A stretch of 64,000 nucleotides of DNA from Octopus bimaculoides (lineage: Eukaryota), in NCBI RefSeq assembly GCF_001194135.2, contig NC_068985.1, positions 29,469,415 through 29,533,414 on the forward strand, in the 5' to 3' direction. Each line of letters starts with the position of its first letter. The first letter of the stretch is position 1. Shown one piece after another: positions 27,627 through 41,620 of the stretch. The notes below the pieces were generated by a model that was given only the letters and a program-made list of their open reading frames with translations, was not told the origin of the DNA and did not search any database. The position numbers were made by a program, and so were the translations under genes.

Positions 27627-27960
27627 AAATGACTACTATTCCCTTCAAACTTTGCTTTTGTACCTTGGACATCAATGTTTTGAAACTGACCTATTTTCCA
27701 TTACATTTCAAACACATTCAGTGCTGAGTTGCTGAAACAGAAATATCATTATAGAAGATATTCTGGTCAATACCACAGATTTGTTTGTCAGTTGCTTGAC
27801 CTTAACCACTTGAACATGTTCCTTAGTGGCTGATAATATATGCATCTGTGACCTTGAGCAGGAGTAGTGAGGGAGCATCATACCCATGTGTTGAGAGGGA
27901 TTCTTTAGGATTTGAATAAATGCAACAAAAGCAAAGTTTGAAGGAAATATCAGCCATTTT
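27627..27960. mobile_element. Non-autonomous TIR element
   Basis: Perfect 20-bp inverted repeat CCTTCAAACTTTGCTTTTGT (27642-27661 vs 27925-27944) with degenerate extension. Its interior is also found at about 22200-22320. Confidence 0.7.
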
Positions 27961-28619
27961 TTAATACTTTCTAGGGGTATGCAAGTAGGAAATAACAGTT
28001 GCTACGAAGGACAAAAATTGTGTGACACAGTGTAAGTGATTCATACAGTGATAATGTTGGGGTTGAGAGGGTTCTTTAGTCTTGCTTATAGCAAGGCAAC
28101 TATGATAATGCTGGGGTGATGATGATAATGTACCTGGTACCCTCAGTAAAGAGATTAATGTTAGGAAGGGTACCCAGCCATAAACAGTATGCCATGAAAG
28201 AAACATTCAAATAAAACATGGTCCTTCAACTCGATGAATCCTGTCAAACCATCCTATTTACCCCCAACATGGAAAACAGATGTAAAATGATTTGATGATT
28301 TTAATTTAGGCAGAAGACCAGCAATTGTGATGGGAGATAGTTAGTTAATACCATTCACCCACTATTAGACTGGTACTTTATTTTCTCAACCTCGAAAAGA
28401 TGAAAGGCAAAGTTGACCATATCAAGGTTTGAACCCACAATACAAAGAGCTGGGACAAATATTATAACATATATTTTTACCAATGCTTTCACAATTCTCT
28501 CAGGCAAGAATGGAAAATGAATGTTAAAGGATGATGATGATGATGTGCTGGTACTGGAGTCAATCTAATCAACAAACACCCTCCCCTCAATATTGCTTTC
28601 CTTATATTTAAACAAGAAA

Positions 28620-28624
28620 CCATT

Positions 28625-28659
<35 letters not shown>

Positions 28660-28706
28660 TATCAATATCATTATTATTATTATCAATATCATTATTATCA
28701 TTATTA

Positions 28707-28741
<35 letters not shown>

Positions 28742-28760
28742 GTTATTATTATTATTAACA
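28620..28760. repeat. (CAT)n/(TAT)n trinucleotide microsatellite
   Basis: Direct reading; it explains the poly-I/M and poly-S/L pseudo-ORFs. Confidence 0.97.
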
Positions 28761-29678
28761 TTAACATCTTATAAATATTTCAGATCTTCAGCAGATAAAG
28801 TTCTATAACATAATGTCATGGCAATGCTGTGAAACTTTAACCTATATGTGAATGGTAAACCAGAATGTGGAAAGCACAGAGAATTTTGCTTTTATTAAAA
28901 CACAGTAATAATATATACATATATATATATGCAGACTAATTTTATATCTTTGAAATTATAAAAATCAAAATTAATTAAAAGATGTAGAAGACCTACATAA
29001 ATATACAGAGAGATAATGGAACACGAACAAAAACAGATTAGAATTGTTGTGTTTGTTATTTTTTGTTTGGGATTTTTTTTTTTTTTTGTGGTGGGGGTTT
29101 ATTTTTTAATATACTGATGTGATAAATAATGCATATATTTATTTTATAACTTTGAAATTCTCAGAACAAAATAGTTGAAGGTGCAGGGAAAGTAAACAAA
29201 GCAGAAACATGGATAATTATTTGTTATATTATTTTGAAGAAATGCAATTCATTGTCAGAGTGTAATTTATATGAAAATACTTGACAGTTTTCTGGTGAAA
29301 CTAATGCCAACATATGTCAAAAACAAAAAGGNNNNNNNNNNNNNNNNNNNNNNNNNNNNNNNNNNNNNNNNNNNNNNNNNNNNNNNNNNNNNNNNNNNNN
29401 NNNNNNNNNNNNNNNNNNNNNNNNNNNNNNNNNNNNNNNNNNNNNNNNNNNNNNNNNNNNNNNNNNNNNNNNNNNNNNNNNNNNNNNNNNNNNNNNNNNN
29501 NNNNNNNNNNNNNNNNNNNNNNNNNNNNNNNNNNNNNNNNNNTATATATATACGTACACACATATATATACATACATGTCATTCAGAAAATAATGTCCGA
29601 TTTTAGAATAAACATTTATTCCTGAATTAATGAATTTGAACAGTGTTTTAACAAGTCAAAATATGATCCATGAACACA

Positions 29679-30140
29679 GGCACAGGCATGCTGTGTGGTA
29701 AGAAGCTTGCTTCTCAACCATCATAGTTCCAGGTCCAAACTCATTGCATGGCACCTTGGTCAAGTGTCTTCTGCTATAACATTGGACTAATCAAAGCCTT
29801 GTGAGTGGATTTGGTAGACGGAATATAAAAAAAAAACAGTTTATATATATATATATATATAGTGAGAATTTACAAAAGAACATAAGACGAAGATGGGTGT
29901 GTAAACAACAAACAGATGTATTAGTTTAATGCTCGGGAAGTGAGAAAGTCTTTTATGTTTCAAGCCTACGCTCTTCAACAGAAAGGAACACAGAAATAAA
30001 CAAGGAGGTGCGTGTTTTTGTGTTTGTCCCCACTGGGCTTAAGGAAATAAGTCCTGGAGTCGATTTGTTCAACTAAAACCATTCAAGCTCATGCTCCAAC
30101 ATGGTCGCAGTCAAATGACTGAAACACGTAAAACATAGAA
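29679..30140 (+). mobile_element. SINE family A interrupted by a ~150-nt foreign insert (29861-30010)
   Basis: SINE head and tail flank an unrelated segment that follows the (TA)n tract. Confidence 0.8.
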
Positions 30141-30194
30141 GATAGAAGGTCTGTGTATTTCTGTCATTGATTAACGAGTTTATTTATGTTCATA

Positions 30195-30894
30195 CAATAA
30201 AACTCTAAATGTTTTGATATTGGGAAATCTCAAGTCAGTGAGCTTCTGCAGTGTCATCCTGGCAACATGTGGCCACGCATTATCATGAAGCAGACTCGGA
30301 CCTCATCGATTAACCAGAGCCAGACACATTTTACTTAACTGAACATGCATTTCATCCAGTTGCTGGCAGTAAATTTTCACAGTGATACTCTGGTTAAATT
30401 CCAGAAAGCTGTAATGGACAATGCCAATGGCAAACCGCCACCAGACAGTCACCATAATCTTCTGTTTATGCAATTTCGATTTTGGAAAGCCATTGAGCAG
30501 ATCATTTATGATTGTCATAAAAGGATGCATTTTTTGTCACAAGTCACTATTCGATCAAAAAATGGATTGAGGTCCATAGAAACAGCATTGAACACACTTC
30601 AAAGCATTGAACTCACTTCAAAACATCGAACTCTTTGGATTTCACTGAGTTCATGTGGAATCCATTTATCGAGTTTCTTCATCTTGCCAATTTTCTTGAG
30701 ATGATCTGATATAGTTGAAATAGTAACACCCATTGCATGAGACATTTCACTGATACTTTGATGTGGCTTTTGTTTGATGAGTGTTTTCAGATGCTGGTTG
30801 TCAATTGTGGAGGTGAATTTTTTATACAGCTACAATTAAAATAATATATTAGAAAAATTGGACTAAAATTGGACGTTATTTTTTGAACAACCTA
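30195..30894 (-). mobile_element. Internally deleted mariner, Hsmar1/cecropia-like
   Basis: PKSKLHKQKIMVTVWW...GIVHYSFL...YCQQLDEMH and LHDNAWPHVA. The end at 30894 reads TTAGGTTGTTCAAAA on the minus strand, resembling a mariner TIR. Confidence 0.85.
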
Positions 30895-33800
30895 AAAAAT
30901 ATACACACACACACGCATATGTAGACATGCATGTCCACACACGCCCACAGTATCAATCGTTTATAACCTTAGTTTATATTGTCATTTGTTAAGGACCTTT
31001 GAGACTTGTAATATAAACCTTCACCAATCAAAGTTTGCTGACTCCATAAAGAGATTTATACCTGCTTAACAATGAAAATTAACTACACTGATCTGATGTC
31101 TTTGTTTCTGACTATTTTCCTAAGGTTTAAATATAATAGAGGTATCTTTATATACTTTTCCAATATCAGATTATACTTAAAAGAAAAATTTTTAGTTACT
31201 CTTTTGGAAAATAAAAAGTAAATGTGGCACCTGAAATACAATCAGATACATAGCCATTTACTAACTAAACAATGCAGTTGATGGAATAACCATCTTCAGC
31301 AGTGTAATTGAAAGCATGAGGATTTCTTTGGGGTAATCATGAATAACAATGAAGAATCACATATAGCCTTTCCCAGAGGACTTTTAGATGAAGATTATTA
31401 CCAAACTTCAATGGTTTGGTAGTGCAATGGATATCAGCTCTGTGTACTGAGGATGTCCATTCAGCATCTGCATCACATGTACATTCTAACAGCAAGTCCC
31501 ATTTATATTTGTTTGTCCATTTTGTATAATATTGTACTACATTGTGTGACTTTGTAGGATGATTTTTGTAATTCATTGCAGTTTCAGAAGAAATTATAAA
31601 ACTGTACAATGACAGGTTGAATGCTTTGCTGTATTTCGTTATGTGCTCCAGCATTTCGAGTTCAAGTCATGTCTGGATTTACCTTGCTTTTCTTCCTTCC
31701 TCTATCTTTAATTAGTGGATTTGTGCCAATATAAGAAATTGTTATTGAAATAGCTATTATGCTCTCACTGTGTAATAAGAAAAAAGTCTGAACATTACAC
31801 AATGTTAGCAGCTACTTAAAAAAATAGAAGAGAGAAAAGTGCTATTAACAAAAATATTTAGAAAATAAAGTACATTACATGACTGTATCACACTTTGAAA
31901 TGGCAACCATTCAATACAAAGTAGATGATATAATGGAGGAGCCAGGAAATAAACAGAAGACTATCTTAGATTAAGATCTAATGGTGGTAGGCAGTGACAT
32001 GCAAAATAAAAACGGTAATGTTACAGCAGCCTCAGCAAAAAGTAAGTTATCACAGTACAGTTTTATCAGGTCAATTATCATTCATATTTATTTGCTTATT
32101 TTTTTTCCAAAAAACTATTTTACAAAATTTCAAAGCAGAATTTGTCAGAAAAAATATGTATTGCATTTTATTTAGATTTGGTCTGAGCTCTATCCTACTT
32201 TGTTGGGTAAAATGGATTTTAATTTCTAACAAGTAAAAAAATAAAGCAAATAAAAACAACAGTTGTTTAAATTACTCTATGATACATTACAAATACATAT
32301 TCTTTTTAAAAACTATTATTTCCTATCATTTTAGTTTCAATCTTCTTCATAACCTTATTTATAATAATTTTAAGCATCGTATACAAGTGTTTAAGAGATG
32401 AGACAGAACATTTAGCAGTATAACTCACTGATAAAAATCACCAAGATAAGATATTTGAAAAGTAGATTCGATTTAAAGTATTGAGAATTAATATTTCCAA
32501 GGTTAATGGTTAACTTAGCCTTTCATCTTCCAGAGTTGATAAGTTAAATATCAACGGTATATTAGGTCAAGTGGATCAAACTCGTATTTAATTCATTGAG
32601 TTTCTGATCACACCTCCAAACACATTATGATTTATCAACACCACCATAGCAAAAATGTGTTCAATAAGAAATAACTATAGCTATTGAATAACTATAGCAG
32701 AAATATTGTTAGAATAGTTGAAAATAGACAATTTCTCAACAATAGCAACAAAAAAATATTTAGAAAACTGTGAATATTTTCTGTTTTTTCTTATCTTGAC
32801 TAGGCCACTGTTACACATCACAACTTGCAAAAGGAAATATGTAGAGAACCTCTTGAAATAGATCACTGAGAAAGCTTATTAGTGTTTTTATAACTTCATT
32901 TCAATACTTTTCTGGCTTCCCTAAAAGTGCTAAAAGTGCCACCATCCAATATGTCTCCTCAATTTCTCATTATTCTTACTTCCTAATCCAACATATTGTT
33001 AATCATATATCCATTTACATGAATAAATGCAAGTAAAGCTTAATATCCACTTATCTCTTACATTAACATAGTTATGGTTACAGAGCCAGAAACTTCGCAA
33101 CACAATAGATTTCTCCAAATATCAAAATCAAAATCCTGATAAGTAAACTGTGAGGCATTCAAGTATCACAGCTCAATGATACCAATTATACACGTCAACT
33201 AGTTTTCTTAGTTTGAAAATTTCTCTATAGTCTATGATTAAGTTAAGCTGACCATTTTTAGCAACACTTAACACACCATGAGTAATAGCTAGCCATTTCT
33301 TCTTCCTTCAGGTTCAGAAACATCTGTACATTTGATTCATGTTATATATCATTAACTTGATGCATAAACATGAGTCAATTTGTTATGACAAGGTGTGAAA
33401 AAGACTATTTGTATAATCTTGCATTAGCAAGATTTAACAGTTAAATATTTAAGGAAACAGTTTCAGTTCCATATAACAGAGTAGGTTCAATACAGAAATT
33501 TATGCATTTACAAACTAGTGCAATATGAAGGTTTGAGAAATTATTGAGTGACATATTTCACTGTTAAAATTCCATAGATATTTCTAGGATGTTGTGCAAT
33601 CAATTTCAATTATATTAAATATACAATTAAATGCAATAATTTTTCAAGTCTAAAAGTAGAATGAACAAATACATTCTTACAATGGCTGTATGGTTGTTTA
33701 AAAATGTTTCTAAAATGTTGCTCAAAAAAAAAAAAAAAAATTCAAAATAGGAAAATAAATAATATAGTACTTATGCAAAACAAATGTTAAATATTAGTTT

Positions 33801-34069
33801 CTTTGAAGCAGATAGAAAGTTCAGTGTTTTGTGAGGAGAGCTACATAGTCAAATGAATCAACCTCAATATATTACTTCTATTGTATGGCTGTTAAGAGAT
33901 GCAAAGTGAAGTCTGCTATGGCAGAATTTGAAAACACAATGTAAAGGGAGCAGAGTTTAAAATACAAAAAGAAGGCATCAAGTCTAGCACACTTCCAAGT
34001 ATGACAGCAATAATAGTTATTACTATCAATAAATAGTAAATGTTATACAAGCCACTTGTTTTCACACTG

Positions 34070-34108
<39 letters not shown>

Positions 34109-34314
34109 GCTCCCAAGAAAAAAGGGTCCGTACATCAGTAACACCCTTGTGATCTTGAAAAAGAGCTAAACATATTACTTTCCCCCTGAAACATCTTAGT
34201 TCAATACTTATTTAAGGAACAATTATTTCTTTCTCACTGAGACCTTATCAGAACTAACACCATGTCTATCAATTGCATATGTCTCTCTAAAAGTACATTT
34301 CAAAGTGTGTGTGT

Positions 34315-34352
<38 letters not shown>

Positions 34353-35203
34353 ACACACACACTCATGGATGCATACACATAAGATGAGAATGTAGCATTT
34401 TCTTATGGATTGTCTACACTTTGTAATTTCTTTGTTTTCTGAATTTGTTGAGGTATACATAGGAATACTTTAGAAAATAGGTTTGAAATGAGTAATAGCT
34501 TCCTTTGCTTATTCTGTCATAAATCAGAGAATTTCTATAAGAATTTTAACTTTAAGATGCAATAAGGTTAAGAGCTTATACTCTCAATATACTGCAATAT
34601 ATTATTCATGCATATTTTATCAATGTTGAATGGATAAAAGGACAGACTCATCTGGATACTGTAGCACATTTAATCTGGCACTCAAACCATTGTTGCAACT
34701 CTTACACATTTATTAATTAATGGTGGTATGGTAAGAGCAAGGGAGTGACAGAAACAAGAGAATGTCAAACAAAATGTGCCATGTAGTATTTAGTCATATC
34801 TAAGTTGAAGCCTATGAGCACTGACTTTGCCTTCCACCGACTAGTACCATTAAACAAAGTAGTCAAGTTCTATGATCAGTTTAATTTATTATACTCCTTC
34901 CAATTGTAGCTTTGTATCAAGATTTAAAAACAATAGAGTGATACTCCAATTACCACAGATTAGAATACTGTGGTTCCTAATTTTAAGTGATCAGTAGATG
35001 ATCCTCAGAATTCAAAAGTTGTGCAAATGAACCTAATTTGCAGCAGTGTATGGTATATAAATGAAATGAGAAATAATGTTGTGTGGCATATTTTCATAGA
35101 GCACACATACCACCTAGATATGCACTGTATGATATCAACAACTAGTTAGCTTCATTATTTCTGTTGTCTACAAATAAGTTATATTTTTCACACACATATA
35201 TAT

Positions 35204-35930
35204 TCAGGCCCTCAGTTTATTAGCATAAGTTCTGAATGAGAGAGCAACCTTATTAATGTGGTGAAAGTGATGAGAAGAATAGCAATAATTAGCAAACATG
35301 AAAGTGGTATTACCAAAGCTAAACTAGGCTGGCAGCAACCTACCAATAAATCACTGGTACATGATATAATTCAGAACTTGAAACTTACAAAGAACAATTA
35401 CAAAGAGTCATGTCATAATCAAAATTCCAGACAAGAAAACAAAGTACTACAATAAGTGAAATGGAATATCTTGGATTGGAGATTGCAATCAAAACCATAT
35501 CCAGCAAGTTAAATACGCATCAAAACAAAAGCTATAAGTCTGTTTGTAGCAATCCAAAGAAAATAGAGAAAACAAATCAGAAGGGCAAACTAACAAAATA
35601 TTTTCTGTAAGGCCTGGACAATTTTATATGTTTAGAAAACAGATTAAAGCAGATGTTTAGGATTATAGGGCAAAGTACAAGTGTGGACTAAGCTGGAGCA
35701 ACCAGACACCCTGCAGAAACATTTTTGGAGATGGTGATTTATGATGGTGAATACAGAACAAATGAAGCTGAGATGTAGATGAAAAAATTCTCAACTAAAA
35801 GACACAATACTATTTTTAGAATTTCTGAAGATGAAAAGCAGATGATAATGGATGCAGATGTGAATGTAAGAAAATTATGCAAGTCAGAAAACAAGTTGAA
35901 AATGCACTCGGCTGCAATAAAGTTATGCAC
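35204..35930 (+). mobile_element. Decayed Tigger/pogo transposase 5' region
   Basis: IISKHESGITKAKLG...NKSLVHDIIQN, WIGDCNQ and IKTKAISLF fragments resemble the CENP-B-type HTH of Tigger elements; multiple stops and frameshifts. Confidence 0.7.
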
Positions 35931-37099
35931 AAAGAGATGAAAGAAAAATCAACACAAACACCCCTTTTACAATATTTTAAAAATCAATAAAAACATATTC
36001 TTTTAAATACACTGATGCAAGTGAATAAACTTATACAAATGTAAAATTGCTTCCAATTTATATATTTCTTTCTTATTTTATAACTATTTTCATAAGTCCC
36101 CCAACCCCATATTTTGAAAAATTAAAAATTTAGTATTTTTCAAAGTCTAGACATGAATTGATGATTTTTATATGCATTTATGCTTCGAATACTGTGATGG
36201 TAATCAAGGTATCCTTATATTTGCTTTTTATTCTCCTGGTGTCAAAAGAATAAGTATCAGTTAAGTACATGAGTTGATTTAATTACTTAGATTTCCCCAT
36301 AAAATACTGGTTGCGTGCCAAAGTTAAAAATTATCATCATGATCATTATCATTTGTAGTTCGCAAGTTTGGATATGAGATGAGAAGAAGAATGTGACATT
36401 TCAGCACAGATACTTTGAAAGAAAATTTTGTTCAACTATTAAATATTGTTTTGTTTTCCATAGTTTTATGTGTGTCTTTTACTGACTCATGCCTCTGTAT
36501 TTCTAAATTATATGGTATACCAATTTTTCAAGGGTCAAAATATTTGAGTTACCTCTATTTTGTATTGCAATGGGCTTCATTTGTCATTTGTGTTATTTTG
36601 CTGTTGCTCTGGTTTATGGTGAAAATTTATATCCAGTTGTGGTTTGTGTGGAATATGTAGTGTGAGGGTTGTGTTACTGAACTGAACGTGGTTAGTGGTT
36701 TGTATACCAGGTGTGATGTACATAGTTGTACATTTTTTTTTGGGGGGGGGGGTTCTGATGGAACTATTTCATCAAGTCAGTCATGGTATAGTGCTTCTAT
36801 TTATGTTCTTTTAATTATCATACTCAGTTCATCGATACCATTTTTACTCTTCCACCTACTACATCTTCTATATTTCCATTTCAAAGTCCTTGCATTTTGA
36901 TAACTTTGAGGCAACATTTTAGGCCAGAAACAATAGAGATATATGATTATCAAAATACATAGGTTTTTCTTCATATTTAATTTATGATACTCAGAAATTT
37001 TCTTTGATGACCTTGTCAATATGGAGAGGCACATTTCCAAATAACATAGCGTTGTCATAATGCTATTCATTTGCGGTTTTAATGTTTAAGTGTTTAATA

Positions 37100-37509
37100 T
37101 AGGCACAGGAGTGGCTGTGTGGTAAGTAGCTTCCTTACCAACCACATGGTTCTGGGTTCATTCCCACTGCGTGGCACCTTAGGAAAGTGTTTCTACTATA
37201 GCCTTGGGCCGACCAAAGCCTTGTGAATGGATTTGATTGACAGAAACTGAAAGAAGCCCATCGTATATATGTATGTATATATGTATGTGTGTGTATATGT
37301 TTGTTTGTCTGTGTTTGTCCCCCCAACATCGTTTGACAACTGATGGTGGTGTGTTTACGTCCCCGTAACTTAGCGGTTCAGCAAAAGAGACTGATAGAAT
37401 AAGTACTATGCTTCCAAAGAATAAGTCCTGGGGTCGATTTGCTCAACTAAAGGCGGTGCTCCAGCATGGCCGCAGTCAAATGACTGAAACAAGTAAAAGA
37501 GTAAAAGAG
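37100..37509 (+). mobile_element. SINE family A, full length
   Basis: Complete head, body and tail. Confidence 0.9.
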
Positions 37510-37549
37510 TGTCTACATACATCCCATTTGATCCAGTTGCCCATATGCA

Positions 37550-37945
37550 TATGCCCGCTGGTTTATTTTGCATGTAGCGATCAGAATGATCCCTTTTATG
37601 ATACCCTTCTACAGGCTACCTTAAAGATGAGTAGCAATGACCTCATCTTTGCGGCTGGAGAGTTTAATGGGCATGTCGGATGGCAATCCGGTATCTTCCA
37701 TGGTGTTCACGAGGGCCATGGAAATGGTTCCCGAAACGAAGAGGGAACTAGGCTACTGGAGTTCTGTGATGCATGCAACCTATTAATCTGCAACACTAAC
37801 TTCAGGAAGCCAGACAGCCACCTGATCACCTATCAATCAGGCAACTCTACTAGCCAGATTGATTTCATCCCCACCAGACAGCAGGATGCAAGGTTGGTTT
37901 TAAATACAAAGACCCTCCCTGGTGAAGAATGTACCCCACCAGCAC
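37550..37945 (+). mobile_element. RTE LINE apurinic-endonuclease fragment
   Basis: AGEFNGHVG...GHGNGSRNEEGTRLLEFCDACNLLICNTNFRKPDSHLITYQSGNSTSQIDF. Confidence 0.9.
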
Positions 37946-38491
37946 AGACTACTAGTGCTCATCATTACCATCATTTAATATACATTTTTTTTATGGGTCA
38001 GATGGAATTTTTTGATGCAGATTCTCTATAGCGAGATGACCTTTTTGTTGCCAACTCTCATCTGTTTCTAAGCAAGGTAATATTTTCTCATAGCTAGATA
38101 TATGCTTGTATGATGATGATTTTCATTTACTACCATCATGTAATGTCTAGACAAGGATACACACAAACACACACACACAATGTGCGTCATTCAATTTCTG
38201 TCTACAAAATCCACTCACAATGATTTGATCAGCTTGGGGGCTATAATAGAAGACTCTTACCCACAGTACAACAAAATGGGACAGAACACAAGTCTACATG
38301 ATTGGGAAGCAAGCTTCTTTACCACTGTGCATGTGCATTGAGTTTATAAAGATTATTCCGGACATTGTCTAAATATCTTCTCTCTTACATAATGGAATTG
38401 AAATCCCTGTTTTATTGAATAGTTCAACACTGTAACATGGTTTCAGAACTTGACTAGACCTATCACTTCATTTGCATTACTAACTTCCTCC

Positions 38492-39290
38492 TAGGACAGT
38501 GGATTGGCAGAATTGTTAGAGTATTGGGCAAAATACTTTGTGGTATCTCTTCCAACTCTTTACATTATGGGTTCATATCACACCAAGATCAACTTTGCTT
38601 TTCATCCTTTCAGAGTAGATAATATAAAGTAACAGCTGAGTACTGGGATCAATGGTATCAAGTAATACCCTTCCCATAAAAACTACTGACCATGCACCTA
38701 CATTAAAAGCAATTATTATCTACATCCAAAAAAGGTTTCAATATCACAATTCTCCAATTATTCTTTTCCAAAAACAAATCTTTGTGTTTGGGTTTGTGTA
38801 AGAAAATTATTATTCATAGAAGTTTTATTATTTATAAATATTATTCTGGCAAAGGCAGAGAGCTAGCAAAATTGTTAGCATACCAGGCAAAGTGCAAGCA
38901 TCCTTTTGTCTGTCTTTATGTTCTGAGTTCAAATTCCACTAAGGTCAACTTTGCCTTTCATTCTTTCAGAGTCGATAAAATAAGTAACAGTTGAGTCCTA
39001 GGGTTGATATAGTCGACTTGCCCACTCCCTGAAATTGCTGGCTTAGTGCCAAAATTTGAAACCAATATTAATCTGGCAGAGGCGGTAAGCTGGCAGAATC
39101 GTTAGCACACCAGACAAAATGCTTAGCAGCATTTTATGTTCTGAGTTCAATTTCTGCCATGGTCGACTTTGCCTTTCATCCTTTGGGGGTTGATAAAATA
39201 AGTACCAGTTGAACACTAGGATCAATGTAAATGACTTACCCCCTCCTCCAAAATTCCTGGTCTTGTTCCAAAACTTGAAACCAATATTAT
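38492..39290 (+). mobile_element. Three family C SINEs (38492-38715, 38852-39063, 39079-39282)
   Basis: Same head and central domain; further copies at about 2237-2430 (-), 28320-28470 (-) and 42130-42330. Confidence 0.85.
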
Positions 39291-40522
39291 TCTGGCAAGT
39301 AAGTTCCTTGCTATCAGAGTTTGTAATTTGATTCTTACTAGGTATTGTTCCACTTATTTTCATCTCCTGGGAAAAGTAACTATTTCAGAACTTTTCATAT
39401 TCTCTCTTGAGTTATAATCCCTTCGAAATCTTAGAACTATAAGCAAGTTATTACTGTTATTATTATCACTTCTTTTGGCAGTAAATGACGGAGAGAAGCA
39501 GACAAATTTATTTGTGGTATTTAGTTACATTCCTTTAAATTCTAAGTTCAAATCCTTCCAGGGGAAGAATTAAGTAGGAATCACTCAAATATTGAGGTAA
39601 ATGTAAATAGCTGTGCTCTCCTTCACATACAGTGATATAACAGTGTTAGAAATCATTATCATCACCCAGTTCTCATAAGAATTCACATGTTGACCAAGAA
39701 TAGAATTCTAATTAAAGGCATATGTCTCAAGTTAAAACATATCCACACTAGACATTTTCAAAGAATACTGGAAAGTACATTTAGGAAGTTCTCTGTTAAT
39801 CTTATTTCTTGCAATGAATCCAGTTATAACCTTCACTCCTTTTTCTTTTTTCGTTTTTCTTTTTTGTGTGTCAAGAAATTCAGTTACAACTGTGTTTTTG
39901 ACACAAAGTTTAGTTATAATTTTATCTGGGTTGAGTTTTTGTTATTATTAAGAGAGCACTAGATTGCAGGATCAGTAAATATAATAAATAACAGAGAAAA
40001 TATTTTGTCATATTAGTTACATATGTAGTATTAGTTTCATATGCTGATGCCACATATAAAGCACCTGTGTGGGCACCACATAAAAAGCACCCAAGCTGGT
40101 GCCAAGTGAAAAGCACCCGTGCTGGCACCACATAATAAGTTCCTGTGCTGGTGCTACATAAAAAGCATCCAGTACACTCTATAAAGTGGTTTTCATTAAG
40201 AAGAGGATGCAGCTGCGGAGACCATGTCAAAACAGACAATTGGAGCCTGATGTGGCTCTTCAACTTATCAGCTCCTGTCAAACCGTCCAACCCATGCCAG
40301 CATGGAAAACAGACCATAAATGATGATGATGATGATGACAATAATGATGATCATGATCATGATGTCCCAAGTTCAAACTCCACTAGGGTTAACTTAGCCT
40401 TTCCTCCTGCCAGAATCAATAAACCAAATGCCAGACATGTACTAGGGTTGACTGAAGCAACTTGGCATACATCATTCATGTTTTTACAGCGACAATCACA
40501 GCATTGTGTATGAACTGTTTAC

Positions 40523-40850
40523 CTTTTACTTGTTTGAATCACTGGACTGCAGCCATGCTGGGCCACTGCCTAGGAGGATTTATCTGAATAAATCAATCCC
40601 ACTACTTAATTTTAGATGCAATACTTATTCTATCAGTCTTTTTTGCCAAACTGCTAAGTTACAGGGATTTGAACAAATCAAGACCAGTCATCAAGTGGGG
40701 ACAAACACACAGGCATACACACACACATATACAACAGGCTTCCACACAATTTCCATCCACCAAATTCACTCACAAGGCATTGATTGACTAAGACTCGTAG
40801 TAGAAGACACTTGTCCAAGGTAGGACTGAACCAAAAACCATGTGGTTATA
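40523..40850 (-). mobile_element. SINE family A, diverged
   Basis: Reverse-complement similarity to the 37100 copy. Confidence 0.8.
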
Positions 40851-40939
40851 ATGCAAGGACATTTTAGAATAATCATTATTCCTTCATAACACAGTGTTGG
40901 TAAAAAGGCACCGGAGTCTTTAGTCATCTGTCAAGTCAC

Positions 40940-41620
40940 AAGGACTTCAGACAGATAATACTTTCCTTAAGATGTGTGCTGTGCCCAATAAGGCTGCTTT
41001 TGGGATTTCCGGTTGCCTTAAGAAGTCTTGAAGTTTCAATGGGATTGAGCCCAATGCTCTGATCACCACTTTTACATTACCCTCTCGCATTCCATACAGT
41101 CTTACCATTTCCACTTTCAATTCGGAGTACTTGGTGATTTTTTTCAACCACTTTACTCACAACATTCATGTCATTTGGCATGGCTACATCAATGATCTGA
41201 CAGTATTTGTCTCTCTTATTCTATATGACAATATCTGGCCGACGGTGTTCGATTACATGATCCGTCTGAAAATCATAGTCCCAGAGTGTCGTTACTTCTC
41301 CATCCTCCTGCAAAACTTTACTTGGTACATACTCATACCAGTTCTATGTTACTTCATATTGGCATTTACGGCATAAGAGCCAATGAAGACACAAACATTT
41401 TCTCATGGCGCCGCTTGCATTCTTTTTGTGCAAGGCTCTCACATCCACTTACCAAGTGGGTCACATTTTCCACACTCTTTCCACAGAGTTTGTATTTCTG
41501 GGTGTCAGAAGTTTTATAGATGTTATACTTCACTGCATTGGTACCAAGAGTCTGGTCTTGTGCAGCAATGATCAGGCTTTTGGTGGTATGCTTCAAATCA
41601 CATCACTATTCATACTGTAA
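40940..41620 (-). mobile_element. R4/Dong-clade LINE 3' fragment (zinc knuckle plus restriction-like endonuclease)
   Basis: SLIIAAQDQ...KLCGKSVENVTHLVSGC..LAQKECKRRH; LWDYDFQTDHVIEHRRPDIV...IIDVAMPND; KAALLGTAHILRKVLS*. Confidence 0.9.

Noticed and set aside
31337-31654. 105-aa minus-strand ORF
   Set aside because: It starts within a SINE-like fragment and has no recognisable motif or convincing splice pair.
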